From assembly GCA_040437565.1 (NCBI GenBank), contig JBDOQK010000004.1:620001-684000 (forward strand): a stretch of 64,000 bases of DNA, read 5' to 3'. The notes below the pieces were generated by a model that saw only the letters and a program-made list of their open reading frames with translations, searched no databases and had not been told where the DNA came from. The DNA comes from Albugo candida (taxonomy: Eukaryota). A program made the position numbers and the translations under genes. Of this stretch, positions 1 through 12,900 are shown piece by piece; position 1 is the stretch's first letter, and each line of letters opens with the position of its first letter.

Positions 1-1368
1 GAGCCGAGGAACCCAAGATACGAGATACTTATGCAACGCCAAACAGATAGGGAGGATGCTGACGATGGCAAACTCGACATAGCACTTCAATCCTTAAAGA
101 CCGAATATGATACAACAGCCACAAAGGACTCAATTCCGCAGCTCGTCAAAATTAGTATTGGACCTTTTCTTGATGATGAGGATGCTGTCATCGCGTATTG
201 GCGATTTGAGGAAGGCAATAGCATTCTGAAGCAAAGTGAGAATGAAAAGCAAGACATGAGAGCATATCAGCTTTCTCACTTCGACTCGTACGACATGTCT
301 AAACATGAAAATCACCTCAAAGTTTTATCTTTTGGTGGTTTGTATGATCCCTCCGATGAAATAGCTCCCGTGTGCATGACATTTGCTCCTTCAAGCAGTC
401 CTGTTGATAGAGGAGAACCAGGCCGGGTGCAAGAGCCTTTCACATTACGATTTCCGAGTAGCGATCAGAACCGAGAGGTATATGGAGCAAAGTGTCACGT
501 GTTCGAAGGAAGTTCACTGGATCTGGGATTAGTATTTGATGATGACCCATATCGTCGCAAGCTCACTGTCGAATGCTGGATTCGTAATTTCTGCATTGTG
601 AAGGAATCACAGTCCAGCGGCAAATATGACTGTGAGGATGACTCTCTTGATGATCCCGAATCATCAGCGATAAACGAGATGAGAGACACCCGACTGCGCC
701 AGTTGATTGGTAGGAGCTCTGATAGTGGGTCTGTGTGGTGGGAATTATACCTCGAGGAGGCCTCTTTATGTCTTCGTTATGCCGACCAGGTTCTACAAAG
801 CGATTTTAAAGTGACAAATGCTTCTTCTTGGCAACATATTGCCTTCACCATCGATATTCCTTCATACGGCCATGCACTCGGAAAGCTGTTTATACAAGGA
901 CAGCTTGCGGGAGTCAAAGCCTTTGCATCATTCGACGAGACGAATCAAGCAAAAATCGCGGATCCCGAGAGTCCCAGTAAAAGACAAGGGTCATTTTTAT
1001 GGATGGGCAAAAGCCTCGAGAATTATGAGATGACTGAGATTCGATTATGGGCTACTGCCCGATCTCTTGAGCAGCTGCAAGATATGAAGGAGAATTACCT
1101 TGGGATCGCGGAGACGAAAAAGAAGCTCAAAGTTGCGATCCACAAGCGAAATTGCCAATGTGACAAATGTATTGGGTATCGGAAGCGAAAGACTGGCGCG
1201 CTCGTTGCACCAGAGAATTCCCAGCCACTAAATAAGACGGGAAGTAGCAATTTGACAGATGGGGTGGGATTTGTCAGCATACGATCGTGCTTCCCTTCAA
1301 CGCCTCCTTCTTCCAAGTCTCGTGAGCGAAGGTTGCCACAACCCACGCATACAAACGCTCCCAACTAG
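1..1368 (+). CDS. 3' part of a protein with a C-terminal LamG/concanavalin A-like jelly-roll domain (5' end lies outside the window)
   Basis: The frame is open from base 1. The motif series AYWRFEEG...LTVECWIR...WQHIAFT...LFIQGQL...MTEIRLWATARSLEQL is typical of Laminin_G_3-like domains. Confidence 0.65.
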   Translation, partial: EPRNPRYEILMQRQTDREDADDGKLDIALQSLKTEYDTTATKDSIPQLVKISIGPFLDDEDAVIAYWRFEEGNSILKQSENEKQDMRAYQLSHFDSYDMSKHENHLKVLSFGGLYDPSDEIAPVCMTFAPSSSPVDRGEPGRVQEPFTLRFPSSDQNREVYGAKCHVFEGSSLDLGLVFDDDPYRRKLTVECWIRNFCIVKESQSSGKYDCEDDSLDDPESSAINEMRDTRLRQLIGRSSDSGSVWWELYLEEASLCLRYADQVLQSDFKVTNASSWQHIAFTIDIPSYGHALGKLFIQGQLAGVKAFASFDETNQAKIADPESPSKRQGSFLWMGKSLENYEMTEIRLWATARSLEQLQDMKENYLGIAETKKKLKVAIHKRNCQCDKCIGYRKRKTGALVAPENSQPLNKTGSSNLTDGVGFVSIRSCFPSTPPSSKSRERRLPQPTHTNAPN

Positions 1369-1475
1369 ATTGATACGGAACTAGTAAGAGTAATAGCTTG
1401 GATGCTACCATTGCTCGAAGGAGACAGTCTAGTATAACAAATAAAGCGGTTGTATTCCTTCTTCACGGCGTAATA

Positions 1476-4400
1476 ATGACACTAGCAGGCTCACTTTACC
1501 GCCATACGCCGCGCCTATTTCACAAGCATAAACCTGGCAATTGGACACAAGTTTGGTGTGAGCTATTGCTTTCCTCGGGTGAGATTGTCTTATACCAAGA
1601 AAAAGGTGGACGACGGATTATTTTCATACCGATATGCTCGAGCGAATTCGCGCATGTTCGATGTGAAGGTCGCGACTGCATTGAAATTCGGATCCAGCGT
1701 AATAAGAAGGAGATATTCTCCTCCCACGAATCCAGCTACGATGTGGACTTTTGGTCTCAATCTTTTATGCATTCATTGTTGCTTCATTTCCCACGAACTT
1801 TAGTTATTGGATTTTGCTGTGCTTAGGATGAATACGCTTGTGTCGGTGAAGCGAGACATTGAACGAGGCGTTCGGCCTCTCATTTCCATCGTGTGCCCTC
1901 CTTTGGATCCTCCATTGCCACCTAGAACCAGCTCGTCTAGAAGGAAGAGTATTTCCAATCCATCTGATTCAACTTCGTCATCCTCTCCGGGTACACAGAA
2001 GCAGCATTATCGCGAGACTTATCTCGATTCGGTCATACAATACTATGAACGATTCACAGTTTATGAGACGGATTCGGTACGTGCAAGAGTTGTCTTTGTA
2101 CGTAGCTTATCGTATTTTCTATTGCATGGAAGATGTACTACGTCGTAGCTTCCGACCGCCACTACTCTCAATTTCGATTTTTTCAACTGGATCGGACGAT
2201 TGAAAAGCCAAACAGCCTGAATGATATATTGCAGGAAGATTGCAATGTGTACGATTGGGCTGGAATGGAGGCAAAGTTGCAAGAAATCTCTAAAGCAAAG
2301 ACACAAAATACAAAATCAGCTACCGCGTCTAGTAGTTATACACACGGAAAGCTAGTTCGCGTGCTGAGTGCTGTGGGTATCGTTGGATGTTTCCGCTTCC
2401 TTTGTGGGTATTACATGATGTTCGTGACAGAGCGACGCAAAGCTGGGTGTATTGGTGGAAATTTCATATACGGTGTACAAAGTACTCAACAAATCAGCAT
2501 TTCAAGAAAATTAGAGGTTGGAACTGGCTGGTCGTGGTTTCGACGCTGGCTGAATCCAAGCCCAGAAGAAGAAGCCGAAGCAAGATACCTTGGACTGTTC
2601 CATTTTATCGACTTGTCTAAAGACTTTTACTTTAGCTACTCGTACGAGCTTACCAGAACATTACAATATAACATGACCGCTCAACATGTGGAGCCTTCCG
2701 AAATGTTCGTGTGGAACCACTTTCTTATTAGAGAGCTGAATGATTGCTTGTCAAAATCAACATCTGCAAAGATACTGATGCCATATATGCTTGGATGCTA
2801 CGAACAACGAAAATGCTCGATGTTTGGCAGATTGCTCAGTATTGTTCTCGTAGCACGACGTTCGAGGCATTTTGCAGGAACTCGATATCTGAAACGTGGA
2901 ATTGCAGATACAGGAAAGGTTGCCAACGATGTCGAAATTGAGCAGATTATTGAGGATGAAAGTATTGGTATGGGTAAATTCAGCTCTTTTGTGCAGCATC
3001 GGGGCTCTATCCCTGTGTTTTGGTCCCAAGAGACGTCAGCCACATTACCAAAGCCTCCGATTGTACTCAACCGCGTGGATCCAACGTACTCTGCATGCAA
3101 AAAACACATTGCCGACTTGTTTCAGCGATATGGATCGCCAATAGTGGCATTGAACCTTGTCAAACACTCTGAAAAGAAGGAACGTGAAACAATCGTTGGG
3201 AACGAGTACGTAAACGCGGTGGAATATCTCAATAGTTTCATGCCACCACAACATCGAATTCGATATGTGGCGTTGGATTATTCGAGACTAAGCAAGCAGA
3301 AAGACCTTAACGTTCTACACACTATCGACAAGTTCGCCGTATGGGCGCTGACGCAAACAGGGATTTTCTGTAGTGCACCGAAACGATATTTTCTGAAGAA
3401 GCAAGAACAATTGGTTGCAGATTCGCAGGGCCAAGTGTATTTTGCAGGAACTTGGCATATACCAGACCAGCCAACATCACGTCCAAATCCGTCAGGCTGG
3501 CTCGAACAAAAAGGAGTTTTGCGGACAAATTGTATCGATTGCCTGGATCGAACAAATGTTAGCCAGTTTAGTGTGGGAAGACGGGCCCTGGGACAGCAAT
3601 TATACGCTCTGGGAATACGAAACAGCACATTTCTAGAGAACGGGTCTCCGCTTGTCCGAATACTGATGCTTCTCTATTCGCTTATTGGAGACGCCATCTC
3701 TTTGCAGTATGGTGGTTCCGAAGCTCACAAAAACGTGAAAAACAGTGCCGGTCGAGAGAATTTGAAGCATCGCGAATTACTCACATCCATTCGACGCTAT
3801 TACAGCAATTCCTTCACTGACACAGCCAAACAGGATGCCATTAATATCTTTTTGGGTAATTATGTACCTCAAGAAAATGAAATTCCATTATGGGAATTAG
3901 ATTCTGATTACTACTTGCACAACTTCGAAGTACGCAATGGCATCCAGGCCTGTGACCAAGTGGAAGCAAGTGTAGCTTTGTACGCTGAAAAGAAGAGACG
4001 TTTGACGGAAATGATCAGTTCGCTCAGCATGTCCGAGATCAATGCCATCCAAATTTCGGCAACATCGGAACAGCTTTTGGAGCTCAAAATGGCTTGCGAA
4101 TCAGATCGAGAGAATAAAGAGGTCAGGTATGCATACGTGCGCGAGTGTAAACGCATGCTTGATGACTGGTGGAAGGAACCAATTCATGCTTACGAAAATC
4201 TCAAGTATGAATCACGCATTTGTGGCGATGGACAGCTCAATACCGAAGGAATGGAAGCTGTAAAGAAGAAACGCGTCGGGCGAAACACGTCTGATTCTGA
4301 TAAATTTATTCAGCGGTACTATCCCCAAGAGCTGACGTCATTTGATAAATCGCTCAGTTACAAGTTTATGTGTCCGTTGGATCTTTCGAATGAACCAACT

Positions 4401-5808
4401 GAAGATACCGGATACGCTTCAACAGAGACCAGGTCGGGACACAGAAGCGGCTATCTGAGAACGATATCAAGCTCAGCTGCGTCAGACGCTTCATCAGAAA
4501 CAAGCACATATGAAGTGAATGATTCTGGCAATACAGGATTCGATCATATGCGCTGCCGATCCAGTAGCAAGCCCATGACGCGCACAGGTCGAAGTATGAG
4601 TGCACCAGATATTTCAGAGGACGCTCCAATAAACCGCACCAAGTCCCGAAGTGATGCTTGGCAAGATCATGGGGAGCTAGGAACCAACTTGACCCGTACT
4701 TCGCTCAGCTCTATGGTACAGAAGGATCTGACCAGATCTGTTATTTCGCTTCCTTCTTCAACTACAGCTTCACGCCAGCGTCGAACATCGCAAGACGATT
4801 TGTACGAAGGATTGGTGTCAATTACGAACGTAAACAAACGGAAAGACGAATGGAGTGTTGAGGACTATTATCTCCGTAACAAATGGTATGCCTCTGATCT
4901 GACTGTATGTCTTCGAATCTAACAGCGATTTGCATCGTCCAGCACTCGTAGATTTGTTGGAGGTAATACCAAAACGACCCCAGATGGTGTTTATAAGCGA
5001 TACGTTCACTGTGGGCGCTTACGTTCAATGTGGGAAATTGATAAAGAGAGTATTGAGATGTGTTTCCAGGCGTATATGCGTGATAACAATATCAACCCCG
5101 ATGACGTTCGTGCTGTAATGGATGCCCAAATTCGAGGAGGGGCCACATACAAAATTCAGACAGGGGCGTACAGCGGCTTGGATCAGCATCTAAAGGCACG
5201 AGTACTCGTTACCAAGAAATTGAAAATGGATGCTGAAGATAGAAGGTACGCTCTTCCTCAGTACCATTTTGTGATCACATTGTGAATTCTGTCCAAACAG
5301 ACTTTTGGAGAACAATTGTGATTTGGAAAAGCTTAGTTCTACCGACCAAATGTGTATCCCACCCGATAGCCTCGATCTGTACAAATCTTTCTTTATGGAT
5401 CCACTTCCTTACACCAGCGCCAATATACCAGATGCAAGCTCATCAGCAGATACAGCAAGTAACATTGCATCGAGGTTTTCTACGGCAAATGGCCCAGCTT
5501 TATCCGCGTCCGAATCAATTGTGGACGCGAAAAAAATAGCAGCGTCACAACTGTATGGCGAATTTGGAAATGCGTCTGCTTCTCAAGGTATGTCAAGCAG
5601 CAGTGTGCCTCGTGCTCACGAATATCAAGTCAAAAGTCACATTGATTCGGCAGAATACCATAAAAACGACTTGCTACCTTCAATGGATCATTTGGTCAGT
5701 GTCGGACCATTGATGAAGCTGGACGGTGGGAAGGATCAGGACTTTGTACTTTTTAATAAGGCAGCTTTAATGCATGGAATTGGGAGCGCAATTAGCCGCG
5801 AGGCATAG
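1476..5808 (+). CDS. FIG4: FIG4/SAC-domain polyphosphoinositide 5-phosphatase with an N-terminal PH-like domain; 5 exons (predicted introns 1754-1826, 2077-2132, 4886-4942, 5246-5300)
   Basis: SAC motifs KDFYFSYSYELT, RRSRHFAGTRYLKRG, RGSIPVFWSQ and catalytic CX5R RTNCIDCLDRTN. The FIG4-like N-terminus FTVYETDSMYYVVAS is rebuilt after splicing. Frame-consistent GT-AG introns join the ORFs. Confidence 0.9.
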
Positions 5809-6543
5809 GGCCTTCTCCTTATATTCAGTTAAGTACATTATTTCAAGTGCGTCTAATATAGCGTGACACGATGCTTTCACCAAAATCTACACATTGGAAT
5901 TGGAATGAGACTTCATACAGATCGGCCTAGAGAAAGATTATTATCTAATCAACCAGTGCATATGGTCCAGGATGCTCAAACAAATCTGTACTCCCTATAT
6001 CAGAAAGAAATTAAGTAGATCGCATGAACTTTCACGTAAACTCGGCTGACTGCAGCATCTGGCAACATGATATGAAGAATGTGAAGTCACTTTCTCTTCG
6101 ATTGCGTTGCGGACCTCATGTGTCTATGCCCCGAATCAGGGCCGTGGTATTCATTCTTCATCGCTCTGACCTCTGGTCTCATAGCTCTCCGTCTCGACCT
6201 CAACTGACTTGGCGGGGAATTAGGCAACACAGTCTCGGTCTAAACTTATCGCTATACCATCTAACGTCTCATGAGATGCTGCGTCCTCATTCAACGTTCT
6301 GCGGGCTCACGCGTAAGATCGCAATAAGTAAGGACCAAAATTGATTGTAGGACAGATGTCCGAGCACATAGCACATTCACGCCACATCTCTCGATAGGAA
6401 CATCTCTACAAAGAGTGATGCTTTGGTCCCTTTTGGTCTGACTCGGAAACTTGGTCAGTTAGAATCGGTTGGCTCAAAGTAACCGCAGCTTGAGCTATTT
6501 GTGGGCTCTGCTCACTCGCGAATCGCACAAGAAACAGTTGGAG

Positions 6544-8674
6544 ATGACAGACCATCCTGCATTTCTTGTATTAGATTACCTCCGATCTAAACGCATGCAT
6601 GAACCAGCAAAACTGTTTGCCACAAAAGCGTCTATCGTGGACAATGACGCAGAATCTTCACTTCGTGATGATCGTAAATCGAAACTAGAGACTATCATTA
6701 CCGAAAGTATGAGTCTATCCGAACAGCCTTCNNNNNNNNNNNNNNNNNNNNNNNNNNNNNNNNNNNNNNNNNNNNNNNNNNNNNNNNNNNNNNNNNNNNN
6801 NNNNNNNNNNNNNNNNNNNNNNNNNNNNNNNACGCATGCATGAACCAGCAAAACTGTTTGCCACAAAAGCGTCTATCGTGGACAATGACGCAGAATCATC
6901 ACGAAGTGAAGACCGTAAATCGAAACTAGAGACTATCATTACCGAAAGTATGAGTCTATCCGAACAGCCTTCAAAAGAGAAAGAAGACTTTTCTTCACCA
7001 TCGAATATGTGGAATCGAGCACAAATTGAGAGACTTCGAGCAGCAATAAAGAAAACCAAAACCATTTCTGACAAAGCGTCTCGATGGACAGCCATTGCTT
7101 CTCACGTGGGTGCGAGCAAAAAAGTTTGCTATTTAAAATACAAGGAATTGAAGTCAGAATTAGGAGGGGAGAATGGAGGGTCAGCTTCCAAATCGAAAAG
7201 GAGTATCAGTGCAGCGCGAGGATTTGCGAAAGAACCAAAAGAAGAACCAATAATTTGTGATAACATCTGCCAAGATGATAACATTTTTGCAGTATCCTCA
7301 AGGATCAAAGAAGTTAGTGTTATGGTGGCTGACTCCACCCTTCTGTTGGAGAACTTTGATGAGTTTGTGCACAAATCGGAATCTCACATATCTCAGGCCT
7401 TACCGACAGGTGAAATTATGAAGCGGAATAAAGTTACACTTCCACGTGGTCGGAATATGAAGCATGATGAAGCTGATGCAATTCGCGAGATCCTGTTTTC
7501 AAGCTCATCAAAGAGAAAGATGTTTGGTCCACACTGGGAAATGCAGGTACAATTAGCCACCATATAAATTTTGATCTCGCTGATTGTAAGGCAATTTGAG
7601 CAGGGATTTTCTTTCTCGAATGCCAAGAATCTGCGTTACGGACTTGTACAGGTCGAAGGAGGTCCATGCGGCGTACTGGCAGTTGTGCAAGCCTACGTGA
7701 TTCGATACTTATTTGATAAGGTCAACTTTGATGATACATCAGTCGACTGGCAAAATGTAAGATTGCTTCTTTTATTGTCAAAAAGTAAGCACTGAAAGTG
7801 CGAGTAATCTCAGCCCGACAAAAGAACGCAAGAAAACGTATTATCAGCCTCGTTGGCGCATATTTTAACACAAGCATCGCAAAACAATCGACTTCAAATT
7901 GTACTGCCTAAAGCCACAAGCGATCCCAAGTCAAAGCAATTACGATGGGTCCAGGATTTGCAGATTTTTGATTTTGATAGTGATTGCAATCCAAAAGAAG
8001 ACCTGAAAACTTTTTTCATGCAGCATGTAGAGCATTTTGCTGAGCCCAAGGGAAATGGATTGATTCTTTTCGTGCTATCAGTCATCCTATCTGCGGGTAT
8101 CGACCGTATACGAGATGCTATGGATACGGGTAATTCCGAATCGTACTCATCAGCTGAATCTGGATGTTTGATTGGGAGTCATGAGTATTGCACTCAGGAA
8201 CTGGTCAACTTATTGTTATGTGGTCATGCTGTAGGAAATGTGTTCGACAACATGCAGACACTCGATTCTGGTCCTTCCTCTCAGCCCATGATATTAAAAG
8301 GAATTCCTGCGAAAGGAACTGTTGGATTTCTCACACTTTTTGAGAGTTACAACTACATTCAGGTTGGTTCTTTTCTTAAGAGCCCAAAATACAACATATG
8401 GGTCATTTGCAGTGAATCGCATTATTCGGTTCTGTTCATGCCATCTCCTTATACTATAAGCAGCGATTATGACAAGTGTAGTGAGTTTGATCTCTTTTAC
8501 TACGATGGATTAGCAAATCAGGAAGAGACCATCAGGCTTACTATTACCAATTGCGCTGAACAATCCGAGCTGGTGGGAAAAAATGATGAATTGATACCAC
8601 CGTTGAATCTTGTGATCAAGACGAAGTGGCCAAAGGCAATAGTTTCGTGGAATGATACGGATCCTTTACTCTAA
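6544..8674 (+). CDS. MINDY4: MINDY-family (MINDY3/4, DUF4205) deubiquitinase with a LisH-like N-terminus and a SANT/Myb-like domain; two introns near 7547-7590 and 7757-7813; interrupted by an assembly gap with duplicated flank
   Basis: [18 protein letters not shown] (catalytic Cys), [31 protein letters not shown] (catalytic His), YYDGLANQ and a KTKWP C-terminus. Confidence 0.85.
6591..6972. repeat. 141-bp direct overlap flanking the 100-N gap at 6732-6831 (copies 6591-6731 and 6832-6972); the copies differ by a micro-inversion and one SNP
   Basis: Direct comparison of the two flanks. Confidence 0.9.
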
Positions 8675-9232
8675 AGCGATGGAAGCAGCTCATATGTTAT
8701 CTTCACTTCAAAACATTGAGGATACCGATACAAGGCACAGATTTTGCTTCTCGATGTAAAATTTTATTTAAGTGCAATCACGGATTCTAGAGCATATAGA
8801 AACGCGATGATTCACTATCATAAAATTCATCAGTGCATTTCTGGTTGTTGAAGTACTGTCCAAACTTCAATCTCAGGTGCAAGTGACCATCACTCTTCCA
8901 ACACTCATGCCCTACTTGCAAACATTTCGTGCTATCAAGGCACCACGACAAACCAAGAAACTTGACTTTACAGCTCAGATAGCTTTGCTGTGTTATAAGT
9001 CAATGATGAAGATAGACAGATGTTTATCAAAAATGAAGTAAGCTCGCTTCCAGGCACAAGCTTCAGCTCGACCTGTCTGGATGATATTAAAAATATATCT
9101 TTATTGATGCGTTGTGACGCAGCTATTTTGTGCCGTTGCAACTAAGCATATTTTCGCCTGAGATCCCAGAACGACGATAAGAAGACTCGAGACTTGAATT
9201 ACATTCCTTACCTGAGCTGCATCACAATAGCC

Positions 9233-9568
9233 TCAACTGCTCTGAAACTCCCACTCCTGCCGGCACATCGGACATGTCGACTGTGATGAATCAAGCCACT
9301 TCACTAAGCAGTGCATATGAAACGCATGTTGACAGCCGCCCCACACTATCGTACAGATTTATGAGATAGAAGGTGTTACAGAAACTAAGATGCATAACGT
9401 GCCAGGAGGACAGGCGTCTCCAGGTGAGGTACACTCAGGACAGCATGTTTCAAAAGCATTACGACATATCCCGCAGCATTCTTCATTAATGCCCCAAGTC
9501 CAGGTCGCCACACCGTGCCAGCGTTTTATTCTGACTCGAAGGCGCTTAGCTTGCGCGATTTCTGTCAT
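9233..9568 (-). CDS. APC11: Anaphase-promoting complex subunit 11 (RING-H2), 92 aa, two exons (9568-9403, 9345-9233)
   Basis: Spliced product VRIKRWHGVATWTW...CGICRNAFETCCPECTSPGDACPPVWGGCQHAFHMHCLVKWL...CPMCRQEWEF matches the APC11 pattern. Confidence 0.92.
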
Positions 9569-9971
9569 TGAATTGGTGTACGTCTTTTGATTGGAGGAAT
9601 ACAAATGCGATCGAAGCGAATCGAGGCGATTCGTTAGATTGGAACTTGAAGCGAAACACAGTTTCTTAAATGTATCACAGAATTTACAGGCATAGAGACT
9701 TGTGGGTTGATGCGACATGTTTATCAGGCTTCGTATCAGCAAATTATCTCGAATGACAATAGTATGAGATAAGTTCTGGCTGGAATTCCTTGGCGGGATT
9801 CAGCAGCTATATGCATGCGTATACCTATGTCAAAGCCCTTTCTGTGAATACAATACATTAAAGAGCACACCTAGTACGTTTTGATCACCCTTGCTTTTCA
9901 ACTCAAGCCGTTCCGTGTAAAAGCTTGCCCTTGGAGAGCTGTATGCCTTGTCTGCTTTATATTGATAAAGT

Positions 9972-12900
9972 ACACGAGCATTGGTCTGATTCCACTATAC
10001 AATGGGTGATATCTCTTGTGTGCGTGGCATCTCTGATATACTGATCACACTAGCGCTACGCTGCCATGTGATTGACATAGCTCGACCAGATGACGGGAAA
10101 AGCGATGCGCAGTTTATGTTCAGCCAACAGCCAATGAGTGCAATCAGCATTGTATATGCGACAAGATAAAAGGCAGTACGACTGAATCAGATCACTCCAC
10201 TTGCAACTCACTATTTTCAGATGAAGCAGCATGATATTTGTCCAGATAACAGCAAACATCATGTACTATGAACCCAATCCTGCTGCATTCGTGATTTTCC
10301 GCTTTATCATCACATATCAAGCTTCCATACTTTACTCGCTCTTTCTGTCTCGTTTCTCTTTTGATAAAAAGAAAGAAAAATTAAAACAAAGGGAAGATTG
10401 AGTGGTGAAATAGGTACCTTTCGCTTCTATGTATCTTGTTACGCATCTCATGCGCTTATATTTTTTCTAGTTTTGCTTCACGAACGAAGTTTGTCATCAA
10501 ACACAAAAAGAGCATTATTCAAAATCATCCGACTTACGCCCATACTCATCTGACTTGACCGCTTCATGTTCGCAACAGCCGTCGCTCAGATCATCAATCC
10601 GAATGATACAGCTTCTCATGCTTCTCCACATGTGAACAGGACGGTATCCAGTTTGTTTTCGTCTCCTCTCAGCACTATTGCACAGTACTTATTAATGAAT
10701 GATGTACCGGTGCAGGGAGAATCAGAAGCGGTCATGATGGAAGCGTTTATAGCTGCACAACGCAGCTACTTTGAATCTCGATTTTACATCTTGCAGCTAT
10801 TTCTGCTGGCGGGCTATGGGATTATGTTTACTCTATGCGTTATTCTCATTTGTTATATGCGATATAATCGCAGTGTCGCGTTCCGAGGAGATGCCGCAGC
10901 AGCTCGAAAAATCATACTACCAGCATTCGAACCTCTATTGTGGATCCTTGGTGGAACTACTGGCATCTACACTGTTTACTTTTGTGTGGTTATAAGTTGC
11001 AAAGTTTTCACATCCGATATATCAAAAGTTGCAGCTGAGTTTTACTATTCGGGCCGTCAGTTTGTGTTCCTCTCGGTGATCGTGTTCATGCTACAAAAAA
11101 GTGTGTCCATACCATCATTACAGCGCACTGTATTGACTACTTTTGTATTCTCAACGTACACGATACCAATCGTATGGTACATGTCAAAATATGGCAGCAA
11201 TACCGATCTATACTACGTGACAACAATCTCACGCGCCTTACTTCTGCTCCTGTACACATACGTCTTCATCCATCCTCCGTTAAGAGCAAGCAAGCGCACG
11301 ATTAGGGAATTCTGCGCATTCGCATACCTTTATTATACATTGTTGTTCACATACGGAGAGCTATTCCATCATTCTGTAGTCGAGGCAGGTTTCAATCTCA
11401 CTTATGCAAATTTGTTATGCGGATCCTTATGCCCACTCGTGATTTGGCGGGTCTTAAAGGCAGATACCGAATATTGGCGTGGAATGGGACAGCGAGCTTG
11501 TGCTCTCCAGACTCTTTTCCGTCAGAAACACAACATTCATGAGCGTGTTTCGTCTCAGGGACTCCATATTCTGATTGAGATGCATCGCAAGTTCATTATC
11601 GATTTTGCGTATTTAAAGTTAAAACAGCGAATTGGAATGGGTGCAAGTGCGGTCGTGTTCAAAGGAGTACTACACTCGAGAACACCCGTTGCAATCAAAG
11701 TCTACACGCCCTCGCAATATACGGAAGAAACTGTAGCGGCATTTTCGCAAGAAGCCGCATTATCCGGCGCTTTGAAACACCCCAACATTGTCAAGTTTTA
11801 TGGAATGTGTGTTTGTCCGCCGACAATCTGCTTGGTCTCTGAATTATGTCTCGGCAGCTTGGAAGATGTTACCTTGACGATAGTCAGACGTTTGCAATCT
11901 CCGTTCAGGGAGCAGTTTATCATCAATTTGAACTACATGTTAGACGCTGCTCGGGCTGTTGCATACATTCACAGCTTTTCGCCAGCATTTGTGCATCGAG
12001 ACATCAAACCGGCTAATTTTCTCGTTGATTCCGAATCTAACGTCAAATTGACAGACTTTGGAGAGTCCAGAAGTTTACCACGAGCTCAGATTGTCGGTAG
12101 CAATAGTGACCAAGGAAGCAGAGACACAAATGCTTCCGTTAGTAACAGCCATAGCAATCAAGAAAAGATAAATGTGTCATCGCAAGGAATAAAAATGACG
12201 GTTCGAGGCACAGTGGACTACATGGCACCTGAAGTAATCAATGGGAAATCTGGAGTTGCAACTTATGGGGAAGCAGCGGACGTGTATTCATTGGCCATCA
12301 CGATGTGGGATATATTGTACCCCGATGTGGAAAAATTCCCAATGATCAACAAAAACCATCATTTGCAGATTTTCGACGTTGTGATGGATGGAAAGCGTCC
12401 ACCGCTCGGACAGGATCTACATCCAGCAGTTTACGATGTTATTGAAAGCGCGTGGCATGCTGACGCTAGGATGCGCCCATCTGCTCAGGAAATTGTTCGA
12501 GTGCTCGAATCCGTTCAAGGAGAAGTCCTTGGGACGTTAGCAGTACGAATAGCAACTCAAATAGAACAGGACGCAAATATACAACATGANNNNNNNNNNN
12601 NNNNNNNNNNNNNNNNNNNNNNNNNNNNNNNNNNNNNNNNNNNNNNNNNNNNNNNNNNNNNNNNNNNNNNNNNNNNNNNNNNNNNNNNNACACGAGCATT
12701 GGTCTGATTCCACTATACAATGGGTGATATCTCTTGTGTGCGTGGCATCTCTGATATACTGATCACACTAGCGCTACGCTGCCATGTGATTGACATAGCT
12801 CGACCAGATGACGGGAAAAGCGATGCGCAGTTTATGTTCAGCCAACAGCCAATGAGTGCAATCAGCATTGTATATGCGACAAGATAAAAGGCAGTACGAC

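Noticed and set aside
6024-6344. 106-aa ORF between FIG4 and MINDY
   Set aside because: No recognisable motif and random-looking composition; no ncRNA signature that I could support either.
9002-9220. Possible C/D-box snoRNA (ATGATGA ... CTGA)
   Set aside because: The box spacing is too long or ambiguous, and no terminal stem or rRNA guide was identified.
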